DNA from: Octopus bimaculoides
Taxonomy: Eukaryota
Reading direction: 5' to 3'
Assembly (NCBI RefSeq): GCF_001194135.2
Contig: NC_068982.1
Span: forward strand, 148,692,017 to 148,741,437
Length of the DNA: 49,421 bases
This document shows positions 1-12,551 of this stretch, in pieces. How positions within the stretch are numbered: the stretch's first letter is position 1; the number at the start of each line of letters is the position of its first letter. The notes beneath the pieces are model-generated. The model did not search any database. It was not told the origin of the DNA and was given only the letters and a program-made list of their open reading frames with translations. The position numbers and the translations under genes were made by a program.

Positions 1-242
1 GCGGGTGGCACATAAAAGACACCATTTCGAGCGTGGCCGTTTTCGTGCGGGTGACACGTAAAAGCACCCACTACACTCTCTGAGTGGTTGGCGTTAGGAA
101 GGGCATCCAGCTGTAGAAACTCTGCCAGATCAGACTGGAGCCTGGTGTTGCCATCCGGTTTCACCAGTCCTCAGTCAAATCGTCCAACCCATGCTAGTAT
201 GGAAAGCGGACGTTAAACGATGATGATGATGATGATGATGAT
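1..242 (+). mobile_element. RTE-LINE 3'-end/3'UTR repeat (family A), (GAT)n tail, cut by window start
   Basis: Core GGTTGGCGTTAGGAAGGGCATCCAGCTGTAGAAAC...CCAACCCATGCTAGTATGGAAAGCGGACGTTAAACGATGATGAT recurs many times in the window; longer copy at 12552-13222 links it to an RTE ORF2 end. Confidence 0.85.
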
Positions 243-862
243 TTTGCCCGGCATGCTTATATTTCTGCCAGCTTGCCACCTTACAGGGTGCAGTATATTG
301 CATAATACTGCACATATCCCTAAATTTCTGGAAGCTGGATAAGAGGTCCAGTTCTCTATTAAATGGAAGATATTCAAAATGTTGTTAAAAGACAACCTTC
401 CAGTATAGCAAGGTTCTGTTGCTAAAAAAATATGCACTATCATTCTCAGAATGGTATGACTATTGATGAATAAAGTTTGCAAAATAGGAAAAAGTAAAAA
501 GTAGCCATAAAGACAGATGAGTGAACAGAAATTCAAGCTTACAGGAAGGTAGAAAGACAGGCTGAAAGGTGAACAAGCAGACAGACCGACAGATAGGTAG
601 ACACAGAAAGAGAGAGGTGGATGGAGAGGTAGAATATAGATAAACAGATGGATAGATGAATGATGGATGGATAGATAGATGATGGATGGATGGATGGATG
701 GATGGAAATTGATTGATTGATTGATTGATAGATGGATGGATATGTTACTGTCAGAATTTCTATTTTCAATATGGAGAAAAGGATCTAAATTGCTAAATTG
801 GTACTTGTCGGCTTTTCCATATAGATAATAACCCAGAATGCTGCTGCTACTACTACTACTAT

Positions 863-900
<38 letters not shown>

Positions 901-1765
901 ATACTACTACTACTAGCATCACTAAACACTCCTATTGCTGCCTGCCGCCATCACTGAATACATTTTCCACATCCCTCTCCATGGCCGTCCATACTCACCC
1001 TGTTACTCCAATATCAGTCATCTATAACTGATGTGATTTAACTGAGTCTATTTCGTTTGTACATGATACAGCTCTTGCTGCTGCTACTGCTGCTACTCCT
1101 GTTGCTGCTGCTGCTGCTGTTGTTGTTGTTACTACAGCTGTGGTTCTTCAGCTAAAGTCAACCTCCATTGAACTGCCTTGTGAGCAAAACGATTAGAGCA
1201 TCTGACAGAATACCAAGCAGTATTTGGTCACTCACTACTCTTTGCATCCTGATTTCAAATCCCACTCTGCTAAAATAAAGTACCAATCAAGGATGGTGTG
1301 TGTGTGTGTGTGTGGGGGTCAATTTAAACGATTAACTCTGCTCACTAAATTCTTTTCTGTGCTTCTGTAAAAAATGATAATTACTTGTGCATGAACCATT
1401 TGTTTTGTGCCTGGAACAAGTAGTACTTTGTTTCATTAAAATGTCTATATCTAAGAAGAAAGAATTAATAAAAAGAAGGTAAAACAGTATTGAAATGAAA
1501 GAAATATTCAACAGAACAAATACATATATATAAGTTTTTAATATCATCTACTTCCATAGAGCACATTGTCATCTTCTGATGTATTGTCTCTGAAGATTGA
1601 ATTTAATTCATGAAGCAGCTGAAGAATATAAAAATGACAGCAACAAAATAATAATTCAAATACTTTTCTGAGATGATTGAATGGCGGAAATCAAGGTGGA
1701 CAATGCCTGTGAGTTGTCTAGGTTACTTGGGTATTGGATAAGAGCTCGAGGTAGAAATAGTGATA

Positions 1766-1766
1766 A

Positions 1767-1845
<79 letters not shown>

Positions 1846-1908
1846 GTCGACAGACAGATAGATAGATAGATAGATATAAATAGATAGATAGATAGAGAGA
1901 GATAGATG

Positions 1909-1941
<33 letters not shown>

Positions 1942-1985
1942 GTAAGTAGATTTGTGAGTGGGTTGGTAGGTAAGTATGTAGGTAG
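1766..1985. repeat. Compound tetranucleotide microsatellite (GATA)n-(GACA)n-(GATA)n-(GGTA)n
   Basis: Directly visible. Confidence 0.95.
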
Positions 1986-2999
1986 GTCTAAGAAATAGCT
2001 TATTACAACATTGGAAAGAAAAATATGAATCTCCATTGTTTTTCTCTATCCATTCATACTCTTTCCTCTCTCTTACTCTTCGTCTTTCTCAATGTGATAA
2101 CACACACATATACGCATACACAAGATATATTATTATGAATATGACAACAGAATTATCTCTCTGTCAGTTTCTCAGAATGCATAAATGTGTGCACACAGAT
2201 TAACACATAAATTTCTTAATGCAATCGTTAAAAATATTTAATTAAGTTATAAAGCTAACACTTTTGAAAATAAGAAATTTCTTATTTTCAATAGCTGTAT
2301 TGTAATAAGTTAATTAAATGCCTTTAACAATCCTGTTGAGAAATATTTGTTTGTGTACATACACACTGCAGAGATACAGACAGACAATACTGTTGTCATA
2401 TTCATATTTATTCATATATATGTGCCTGAGTGTGTATATACATGTGACATTATACATACAGATAGAGAGAGAGACAGAGAGAGGGAAAGAGAGGGAGAAA
2501 GAGAAAGATTTGGACAGAATCAGGATTCTTAATTTTGTTCCAGCTTTAATGACAGTATTGTGTACATACATATATACATATATGCAGAGGGAGAGAGAAG
2601 GGATGAGTTACAAACCAAATGAGAAGTTACCTTACAGACGGACAGATTTCACAAAAATTATAATAATGATTACTGTTGTTGCTGCTATTATTATATTCTG
2701 TTTTTGTTATTGTTGCCATTGGTGATGTAGCTGCACACTGTCATCTGAAACTGTTTATCTTCAAGAAAAAGACAATCTCGGTAATGATGTGTTTCTCAAA
2801 GGAGAGCTTGGCCATCCATGAGAGGGCTGATGAAGGTTGAAAATGTGGATGACAAATTGCTATGTTTAATAAAATCAGCTTGTGTACTCTTTTGCTGGCA
2901 TCACATGGTGGTTGTAAATGAGCATCACTGATATACAAGCGAGGTTGTTCATTTCCATTCATCTATGGAAAACATGTCTAATCATGGGGAATGTTGTCT

Positions 3000-3230
3000 T
3001 ACTTGGAAATATGTTTAGGATTGGTGATAGGAAGGGCATCCAGTTGTAGAAAATCTGCCTCAGTGAATTCCGTCTGACCATGCACATATGGAAAAGTGTA
3101 TGTTAAACTATGAGGAAGATGACAATGACGACAACGATGACGATGACGACAACGATGATGACGATGACGATGACGATGATGATGATGACAACAACGACGA
3201 CGACAATGATGATGACAATGATGATGATTG
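3000..3230 (+). mobile_element. Family A variant 3' end with long degenerate (GAT/GAC)n tail
   Basis: GATAGGAAGGGCATCCAGTTGTAGAAAATCTGCC...ATGGAAAAGTGTATGTTAAAC followed by the tail. Confidence 0.75.
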
Positions 3231-3892
3231 TTTTAACTCTGCCTTCATTGGCTTACCTGTATGTTTGAAAGTGTTCGTAGTTTAATTATGCAACCCAAAG
3301 CTTTCACTGAAATATTAACCCCTCTTCTGCTAATTAATTTTCTCCCTAAAACAGTCCTGAAACAAATCGGTGAGGAAGCTTCTATGTGGTTCCTCATAAA
3401 GCAGTGAATTGGCAGAGTCATTAGGGTGTTGGATATAATGTGTCATGGTATTTGTTCTGAGTTCAAATTCTATCATAGTCAGCTTTATCTTTCCTTCTTT
3501 TGGAGGCAATAAAACTCTACCAATCTAAGCTAGTGGATTGGTGAAAGTATCTGAGGTCGGGGTGCCATACCTGGCAGTATCTGTTCCAGCTTTTTGTTCC
3601 TTAACAGTAATGCCTGCAACAACATTGATGTCAAGCTGTATCATCAGCCCAAGCAGGTAGCTTTTCTCTTGGATAGAGAAAAGCTGCCCTCTTGTAGAAA
3701 GGGAAGATTTGTATGCAAGGAAAACTACTAGATGCTTTGTTCTTGAGGAAGATGGCAATCTTTCTCAAAAATCTTGTCCAGGCTTGCATATTCATGTGTA
3801 GACACATGGTCAACACTTACTGGCAGAGTTTTTCTCAATATGTTGTCCCTTGACCTATCATCATCATTATTTAGTGTCCACTTTTTTCATTG

Positions 3893-4011
3893 GTGTTAGG
3901 AATCCAGCCAATGAAACCAAGCCAAATCGGATTGGAACCCGGTGTAGCTTTCTTGCTTGCCAGCTCTGGTCAAACCATGCAACCCATGTCAGCATGGAGA
4001 ACAGACGTAAA

Positions 4012-4051
<40 letters not shown>

Positions 4052-4195
4052 CGATGAAGATGATGATTTTCATGCTGGCATGGGTTGGACAGCTCAACAG
4101 GATCTGATGAATCAGTAGATTGCTGCCCTGTTTCAATGTAATTTATGTAGCACCAGCACTGTCAGAAATCACCTTGTAACTTGCATGGCTAAGGG
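3893..4195. mobile_element. Two family A 3' ends tail-to-tail around a (GAT)n tract (+ copy ~3893-4050, - copy ~4050-4195)
   Basis: AACCCATGTCAGCATGG on + and CATGCTGGCATGGGTTGG (reverse of the same motif) flank the tract. Confidence 0.7.
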
Positions 4196-4529
4196 CCTAA
4201 ATTTATAGAGAAAAGTAGGGGATACAGTGGAAAGGTGACTGGATGGATTATATGGGGAGAGGGGATGGATGGAAGGCGTGAGGAAAAGGGGACAAGAAAG
4301 GAGCTATATACTAGGGTAGAGAGGAGAGAAAAAGGGCACGTTTGATGATACATCTCCAGGTTTACTATGTCTGAAAAAAATATGGGATAGGATGGAATGG
4401 GATGAAATGGAATGGTGAGAGTTGGGATGTCTCTTTCGAGGCTTGCCTGGGGCTAGTTGTGTGATTCACTGTTTTTATTGTTGTTAACTAAGCCTGAGTG
4501 CTGTTTCTAATGTAGCTATTGCACATGCA

Positions 4530-4532
4530 ACT

Positions 4533-4590
<58 letters not shown>

Positions 4591-5035
4591 CAACAGCAGC
4601 AGCAGCAGCAACAGAAGAAGAAGAAAAAGAAAAAGAAGAAGAAGAAGAAGAAGAAGCAGTAGTGGCAGTGACAGTCATGCCAGCACTGGTGTGGTGGTGG
4701 TGGTGGTGGCAGTAGTATTTATTGTTGTTGTTGCTATTGTTGCTGTTCTTTTTGTGGTTTCTTTCCCTGTCATTGTAATTTTGTAATCTTGTCGCTATTC
4801 TTGCTGTTGTTGTTGTGGTTGTGTCTTTGCTGTTGTTGTTGTTGTTGCTGTTGCATTTCTGTTTCTGCTGTTGCCATTGTAATTTTGTTATTTTACTTTC
4901 AACTGTTGTTGGTGTTGTTGTTGCTGTTTTTGCTGCTGCTACTGTTGTCATTTTGTTGTTGTTGTTGTTGTTGTTGTTGTTATTGGCGGTGGCGGCGGTG
5001 GCAGTGGTGGCGGCAGCGGCAGTGGTTTTGCTGTG
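4530..5035. repeat. Compound trinucleotide array (GTA, GCA, GAA, GTG, GTT, GCT, GCG blocks)
   Basis: Directly visible; source of spurious poly-N/T/S/H ORFs. Confidence 0.95.
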
Positions 5036-5444
5036 CTGGCTATGCATTTCACAATAGATGTTCACCACTCACATGTATGGCAATGCAACACCAATATGGG
5101 TGGGGTGGGAAAGAGAGAGAGACAGCAAGGTGGTGGGAAGTGAGGTAATGAAGAAGTGATAATGGAGAGGAAGCAGAGAGAGAGAGATAGATAGAGAGAG
5201 GTGGGGGAGAAAAATAAAGAAAGACAAAAAGAAAGAAAAAGCGAGTGAAAGAGAGAGAGAAAGAGAGATTGTCAAAGTGGAATGACAGCTTTGTGCAGAG
5301 AGGAAGGATGTGTTTGTTGCTGCTGACACGTGCTAAAAGACTCGTTAATGTTTATGATAGTGATAGCATACATCAATAGAATATATGTCACGTTGTAATA
5401 GTTTACATATCTAGGACATTCTGTCATGGCATTAATATAAGAAT

Positions 5445-5895
5445 GGTGAAGGCAGTGAGCTGACAGAGTTGTTAGCATGCCAGGCGAAATGCTTAGCGAC
5501 ATGTAATCTGTCGTTACGGTCTGAGTCTATATTCTGCCAAGGGGTTGACTTAGCCCTTCATCCTTTCGGGGTCGATAAATTAAGTATCAGTTGCCTACTG
5601 GAGTCAATGCAATCGACTTACTCCCTCTCTGCAAATTTCAGGCCACTTGCCGATAATAGAAAGGAATGGTAAAGGCCGTGTGTTGGCAGAATCATTAGCA
5701 TTCCGGGCGAAATGCTTAGTGAGATTTTATCTGCTGTTACGTTCTGAGTTCAAATTCCGCCGAGGTTGACTTTGCCTTTTGTCCTTTTGGGGGTTGTTAA
5801 ATTAAGTACCAGTTGCATACTGGGTCGATGTAATCGACTAGTCCCCTTCCCACAAAATTCCAAGGCCTTGTGCCTTCAGTAGAAAGGATTATTAT
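5445..5895 (+). mobile_element. Two head-to-tail copies of a tRNA-like SINE (family D)
   Basis: Both have GGCAGAATC.TTAGCA..CCGGGCGAAATGCTTAG, a B-box-like GAGTTCAAATTC, and core GTTGACTT.GCC.TTCATCCTTTCGGGGTCGATAAATTAAGTA.CAG. Confidence 0.85.
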
Positions 5896-5899
5896 AAGA

Positions 5900-6070
5900 A
5901 TGTGGGTGGTGGTTGTGTGGTAAGTAGCTTGCTTACGAACCACATGGTTCTGGGTTCAGTCCCACTGCGTGACACCTTGGGCAAGTGTCTTCTACTATAG
6001 CCTCGGGCCGACCAAAGCCTTGTGAGTGGATGTGGTAGACGGAAACTGAAAGAAGACCGTATTATATATG

Positions 6071-6133
<63 letters not shown>

Positions 6134-6335
6134 CTGTGTTTGTGCCCCCTACATCGCTTGACAACCGATGCTGGTGTGTTTACGTCCCCACCATTTAGCA
6201 GTTCAGCAAAAGAGACTGATAGAATAAGTACTAGGCTTACAAAGAATAAGTCCTGGGGTCGATTAGCTCTACTAAAAGGCAGTGCTCCAGCATGGCCACA
6301 GTCAAATGACTGAAACATGTAAAGGAGTAAAAGAG
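5900..6335 (+). mobile_element. tRNA-derived SINE (family B), full length, internal (TA)n(TG)n
   Basis: A-box-like TGGTTGTGTGG, B-box GGTTCAGTCCC, body CTTGGGCAAGTGTCTTCTACTATAGCC, 3' end GACTGAAAC..GTAAAAGAG; near-identical copies elsewhere in the window. Confidence 0.9.
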
Positions 6336-6649
6336 ATAGTTCTGCAGTTAGAAAACAAATATATTTGCAAGAAATATTCCATAGAGACAGAGATTGTTTC
6401 ACAGGCTTCTAGGTTTTCTTATTTATATGATTCCCTTTTGTTAATGATTTTTGGCCAGTAATTATCTAGTGTTAGAGACTGACCTGTCTGCATTGCCATC
6501 TACTTTCATTTTGTTTCATTTCAATTCCATTCCATTTGTTCTCCTCTTTCAAGCCTGAAGCTTCAGTTTCTTTTCAAAAGTGTTAATGGTTATGAAGAAC
6601 AAAACCATGTATAAGGACTGAAGAATAGTAAGGGATGGGGGGGAGGTAG

Positions 6650-6895
6650 GGGGAGAAAGAGAGAGAGAGAGACAGAGACAGACTGAGACAGAGAGACAGA
6701 GGGACAGAGACAGACAGAGAGAAAGATAGAAAGAGAGACAGACAGACACAAAGAAGATAGACAGGCAGGCAGGGAGGCAGAGAAGAAGCATAAGAAAGGA
6801 AGGAAGAAAGGAAGGAAGGAAGAAAGAAAGAAAGAAAGAAAGAAAAAAAGAAAGAAAGAAAGAAAGAAAGAAAGAAAAGAGAAAGAACAGCATAG
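6650..6895. repeat. Polypurine compound microsatellite (GA/GACA/GGAA/GAAA)
   Basis: Directly visible. Confidence 0.9.
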
Positions 6896-7350
6896 AAGGT
6901 GGAGATTTATTCTATCAGTCTTGAAGGAAATGAAATGAGTAATGGTGGTGGTAGTGGTGGTGGTGGTGGTGGTGGTGGTGGTGACANNNNNNNNNNGGTG
7001 ACAATGGCAGTGGCAGTGATGGTGGTGGTGATGGTGATGGTGCTGCTGGTGCTGGTGGTAGAGATTTTGTCAGAATTGTTTTCATGGAAATGATGACGGG
7101 GGGAGGGGAGGGGGGCGAGGTAATACTGACTGAAAGACAGGTGGTTATGGCGACACTAGTGCTGATAATGATGATGGTGGTAATGATTATTAGCTTTTAT
7201 GATAATGACAATATCTAAACTGTTACTTAAAATAATTCACAAAATTCACAATATTAATTATAAATTCAATAACATTATTAATCCTCAAGGAGTTGACTTA
7301 GAGAGCAAATTTATTCTGTATGTAGTTTAGTGTGCATATATATGTTGAGT

Positions 7351-7740
7351 GTGGAGGCACAATGGCCCAGTGGTTAGGGCAGCGGACTCGCAGTCATAGG
7401 ATCACGGTTTTGATTCCCAGACTGGGCGTTGTGAGTGTTTATTGAGCAAAAACACCTACAGCTCCACGAGGCTCCAGCAGGGGGTGATGGCGAACCCTGC
7501 TTTACTCTTTCACCACAACTTTCTCTCACTCTTACTTCCTGTTTCTCTTGTACCTGTATTTCAAAGGGCCAGCCTTGTCACACTCAGCATCATGCTGAAT
7601 CTCCCCCGAGAACTACGTTAAGAGTACACTTGTCTGTGGAGTGCTCAGCCACTTGCACATTAATTTCATGAGCAGGCTGTTCCATTGATCAGATCAACTG
7701 GAACCCTCGTCGTCGTAACCAACGGATTGCCAACAACAAA
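7351..7740 (+). mobile_element. tRNA-derived SINE (family C), near full length
   Basis: A-box TGGCCCAGTGG, B-box-like GGTTTTGATTCC; 3' half matches the copy at 18811-19579; (CAA)n tail. Confidence 0.85.
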
Positions 7741-7770
7741 GCATGTTGAGTATTTGTTTGAAATATTTTC

Positions 7771-8006
7771 TCATCATCATTTAATGTCTGTTTTCCATGC
7801 TGGCATGGGTTGGATGGCTTGACAGGAATTAGCAAAGCCAGGAGCCACACCAGGCTTCATAGTCTGTTTGGCTTTATTTCTACTGTTGGATGCCCTTCCT
7901 GAAACCAACCGTTTTACGGAGTGTACTGGGTGCTTTTAGGTGATACCATCACCAGGGATTTTTTCATGGTACCATCACCAGTGCTTTTTACATGACACCA
8001 GCACCC
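7771..8006 (-). mobile_element. Family A (RTE 3' end) copy
   Basis: (TCA)n then TTTTCCATGCTGGCATGGGTTGG and GGATGCCCTTCC. Confidence 0.8.
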
Positions 8007-8434
8007 ATCCATATAAAAAGCATTGAAACATGCTAGAATGATCAAAATAACATTTCAAAATAGCATTTCAAAATAACATTTTAAATAGAAATAAGCGAGA
8101 TATTGGGTGAAAAATTAGCAAACCTCATTTGAATATCAGAGAAATATACCTAGTAGATATAGCAAAAAGGTTAGATATGTGTAAGTATTGACAGATGATT
8201 ATGAAATTTGTAATTTTAAGTGATCTCATATGAGATCACTGGTAGGTAATGGGTTAAATGCACAGGTGATATAGTTGAAGAATGTAATTTCCTTCTGTTG
8301 TGCTGTTATGCATCTGGATCACTGGTTCTTAATCTTTTGTAGCTCAGTGACCCTTTTCAACAGAATGACATTCAACAAATACTTTCTTCTCTTTGTTTGC
8401 CAAAATAAAACAACAAAAAATAAACAGATTTATA

Positions 8435-8574
8435 GGTGCAGGAGTGGCTGTGTGGTAAGTAGCTTGCCTACCAACCACATGGTTCCGGGTTCAATCCCAC
8501 TGCATGGCATCTTGGGCAAGTGTCTTCTACTATAGCCTCAGGAAACTGAAAGAAGCCCGTCGTATATATGTATG

Positions 8575-8605
<31 letters not shown>

Positions 8606-8830
8606 GTTTGTGTATGTATGCTTGAGTGTCTGTGTTTGTCCCCCCTAGCATTGCTTGACAACCGATGCTGGTGTGTTTATGTCCCCGTAACTTAGCGGTT
8701 CGGCAACAGAGACCGATAGAATAAGTACTAGGCATCCAAAGAATAAGTCCTGGGGTCGATTTGCTCGACTAAAGGTGGTGCTCCAACATGGCCACAGTCA
8801 AATGATTGAAACAAGTAAAAGAGTAAAGAG
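8435..8830 (+). mobile_element. SINE family B with internal deletion
   Basis: Same head and tail as 5900-6335; lacks the GCCGACCAAAGCCTTGTGAGTGG segment. Confidence 0.9.
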
Positions 8831-9189
8831 ATTATCTTAATCAAACTGATCTTAATTTTGCCCACTGGTTTCATGACGATGATGATGGTCATCATCATGA
8901 TCATGATCATGTATACATGGTATATTAAGTACATATAGTATATATATATGTTCTTATACTGTATCATTTGGCATGTGACTCCTTTAAGATATTTGCATGG
9001 ACTAGTGCTCCTTATCTCCAATTTTGATGGAAATTACTTGAACTATTTAACAAAATTATATTAAATCTTGGTTCATTAGTTATGTTTCTGAATACTGACA
9101 ACACAATATCCTACTCCTTTCTAATCCTGACAAAGTTGCTTTGTTTTTCAAAAATACAAACATTGAACCTGGTTTGAATATTTTATTGG

Positions 9190-9430
9190 CTGTGTGATGT
9201 GAATAGAGAAAGACAGTTGGGTGTGAAGTGCTAAGTGATTAAAATAAATGGAGCCAGGAAAAGGGGGAAGACCAAGCAAAGCATGAGATGAGGTGCTGAG
9301 TACTGATCTCAAGATGGTGAACTTCACCAGGGAGATGGTGAGTAAGAAAGGCTAGTGGACGGATACGGTGCCAGTGAAAGTGTCTCCATCCCATGCAAGA
9401 ATAGGATGACTGGTGTTGAAAATGATGATA
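9190..9430 (+). mobile_element. Degenerate RTE ORF2 C-terminus plus tail
   Basis: Translates INGARKRGRPSKA*DEVLSTDLKMVNFTREM, resembling the RTE C-terminal GRP..W motif; ends ATGATGAT. Confidence 0.6.
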
Positions 9431-9573
9431 GTTACTACATTCATTAATGTGAATTCCTGATTATGGTACTCTGAGTAATGGCCTTGTGAATCATTGACCG
9501 CATACCTACAAATACACACACATACACATTATATATACATATATATATGTAAACTTAAACCGATATAAATATA

Positions 9574-9775
9574 TTGTTGTACTTGGGGATGGTCATATTG
9601 CCAGTTTAGCCAATAAAAACACACGCACTGTATATTTGGTGTTAATTTGCTTCAGCTTTATATTACATTACATTTTATTGGCTAAACTGGCAATATGACC
9701 ATCCCCAAGTATAACAACATCTGTTTCAACACACGATTTAACATCAAAAATCTTGCAAAACAAATATATATATAT
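9574..9775. mobile_element. Penelope-like terminal (pLTR-type) sequence folded back as a 45-bp-arm hairpin
   Basis: Arms 9574-9618 and 9673-9717, 1 mismatch; homologous to 13800-13900 and 38260-38370. Confidence 0.6.
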
Positions 9776-10684
9776 AAATATACATATATATAAAATATAA
9801 ATATTGTTGTTCCTAATCTTTGTCAGCACAAAATAACTCCATGATATCTGTTCAAGAACTTCTTGATATGTCCCTCTATGTTGTACTAAAGAAGCAGCCT
9901 TATATATCTTTGAAGTCTTTCCTCCATGCCTGCCTGGTGGAGAAAACATTTATGCCAAGATGTCTCACATCACCATTTTGTGGCTAAGATTCTCATACTT
10001 CCCTTGCATCGATGGAACATACAAATGTGATATTGACTTCATCAGTTATGTTGCATGCTGCTCATAGAGGAGGGTAGCAATTAAGAATAAGAACTGATGC
10101 AATGTATAGAGAACTCTTCAAAACTGTTGCAGACATGTCTAGTGGCGATGGTTTTACAGATGTAACCCTTATGTGTAAAGCCATTGATAATATGAAAGAG
10201 ATCCAAACAAACACATCTCAAAATATGGAATATATGAATGCACATGTAAGCGCTGCAAACAATATCACTGGATGCATAACCATTTTATTAGGAACTCTAA
10301 ATAAGTATTCATTGAAAGGGTCTTTTCATCTAGTAGCAGATAATCTCAATTGTGCTTGTGTAGAAATCCACCCAGCCCACACTGGGAAACATACACTTCA
10401 ACAAACTTAGCCAGCTTTCTGTATTGCAATGTGTGTGTGTGTGTGTGTGAGTGTGAGACAATTGTTGGAGGGGGTGATAGTGGTGGTTGTGAGGATGGTA
10501 ATAATGATGATGTATATATTTATGTATGCATGTATGAGTATGCATAGACTCATAACATATGCTGAAGACAATAGTGCTATCACTAGATTAGATAAAATTA
10601 TCATTTCTTTCTCTTATTACTATTAATTTTCTTCATCTGTTTTTCCGTGTTTAAATTTTTAATACTTTATTTTAATATGGCTGA

Positions 10685-10716
10685 ATATGATGTATAAATA
10701 GATAGATAGATAAATG

Positions 10717-10771
<55 letters not shown>

Positions 10772-10908
10772 GGATGGATGGATGGATGGATGGATGGATG
10801 GATGGATGGATGGATGGATGGATGGATGGATGGATGGATGGATGGATGGATGGATGGATGGATGGATGGATGGATGGATGGATGGATGGATGGATGGATG
10901 GATGGATG
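10685..10908. repeat. (GATA)n-(GATG)n microsatellite
   Basis: Directly visible; gives the MDGW ORFs. Confidence 0.97.
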
Positions 10909-12030
10909 GTGTTAGGGCTCAATTTGATTGGGTTTTTTTTTTTTATTTCTGTCTCCTTTTTTTTTTCAAGAAGAGCTTGGTATATTTGCAAACACTCAAT
11001 GGCATTGGAAAGCATAACAATTAAAGTTGTAGTTGAGAAAAAATTAGCTGTCATGGAAGACTGGAAGCCATCTGAATATTGGAAAAGAGTTACCTGCAAC
11101 AAATATTAAAGAATGGAGTTAGCAAATTACTTTTATATTACATTCACAATGTTTCATCATAATTCAATCCTATGTAATGCCGTAAGCATTTCGTAGACTA
11201 TTAATTAGTTTCCATATGATATGTGGGATTTCTTTTATAACACATATTGAATATGATTCCTAAGAATTCCACAAAAAATAATATGCTGACTGATTCTGAA
11301 ATCTCCTAAATAAATACATACTAAGTTGGGCAGGTCTACATCCATGTAAGGAAAACAAATGAATACAAGAAACTAAGTGGATTAAGGAAGGGTTAATATA
11401 TTTTGACAAAATGATTATCTGCCCTGCTTATTCACAGTTTTGCTCATCACTATAAAGTGATGTAGAGCTATGCTTACAAAGGGACATAGAAGTGTATTCA
11501 GCTGTTAAGATGTCCTGGGATTTTAAACAGCTCCTTTTTATTACGTTCCAGTCAGTATTATTGTCTAGACTTGGAAGTTGCATATTTTTTATTGACCCAA
11601 GCAAAAAAGATAATTACTTCACATAAAAGCGCCAACTTATCCCATTCACTCATGCATCTATTTTATGCACACTTTCAGAAAAAACATTGATTATCACTTA
11701 TACACACACACATACACACACGCACACGCACACCATTAATAGCTTACTTAATTTCTCACATGTGTGTGTGTGTGAGTGTGTATGTGTGTACATGCATACA
11801 CATTAGATAGATCGATAGATAGATAGATAGATGTACACATATATATGCAACAGTCATGTGGTTGAAGAGAAATAATTTCTGTTTTAGAAATGTCTTTTTG
11901 CAATATGCTGTATGTTTGTCAAGCTTCCTGTTCATTATGAAATTGACCTCACTTTCTATTCTCCTTCAGTTGTAGGTTACTAACGGACTTATAAATTCAA
12001 GTAAAGAACTATTTAAATTAACCGGAGGTA

Positions 12031-12083
12031 TCTGCATCAACTGCTTCTGCATCAACTGCTTCTGCATCAACTGCTTCTGCATC
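12031..12083. repeat. Perfect 15-bp tandem repeat TCTGCATCAACTGCT x3.5
   Basis: Directly visible. Confidence 0.95.
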
Positions 12084-12551
12084 TGTGTAGCAATGGAAAA
12101 TGAATTTAATGAAGCAATACAAAAAATATGTACATATCAAAGAGGCGATATTATTAATAACTATTAAGAATTGTCATTATCATTATCATCTCCATCACCA
12201 CTGTCACACCTATCCCATCCCATCATCTTTCTCTCACCTTCCTCTTCCTTCTCCTCCTCATCTTCATCAGCGTCATTATACTATCATTATTACCATGAGA
12301 ATTCCTCTCATCCTCATTCTGTTTTAACTCCTATGTAGACAGCATTTCTGATACTGAAGACAAAATAACTGCTGTTGGAAAGCTTATCAAAAGAAGAAGT
12401 TTCACCTAAACTGATGATACATTGGACATCTTGCATCCATTATCCAGGGTTCCTGTTGGTCAGTGGTTCTCAAAATGACCAATACTAAACAAAAGTATTA
12501 CGGAAATTTCTCCATCCCTCTTTATTGCGGAGAAGATATTAATTGAACGTG

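Noticed and set aside
213-929. 238-aa minus ORF and similar low-complexity ORFs (poly-[17 protein letters not shown])
   Set aside because: Open only because microsatellites lack stops; no domain signal
3540-3820. Minus-strand YPREKLPAWADDTA resembling an RT YADD motif
   Set aside because: Possibly a very old RTE relic, but too little flanking motif support to call
5900-5975. tRNA gene calls from A/B-box motifs (also 7351, 8435, 37397)
   Set aside because: Boxes run straight into SINE bodies; no full cloverleaf supported
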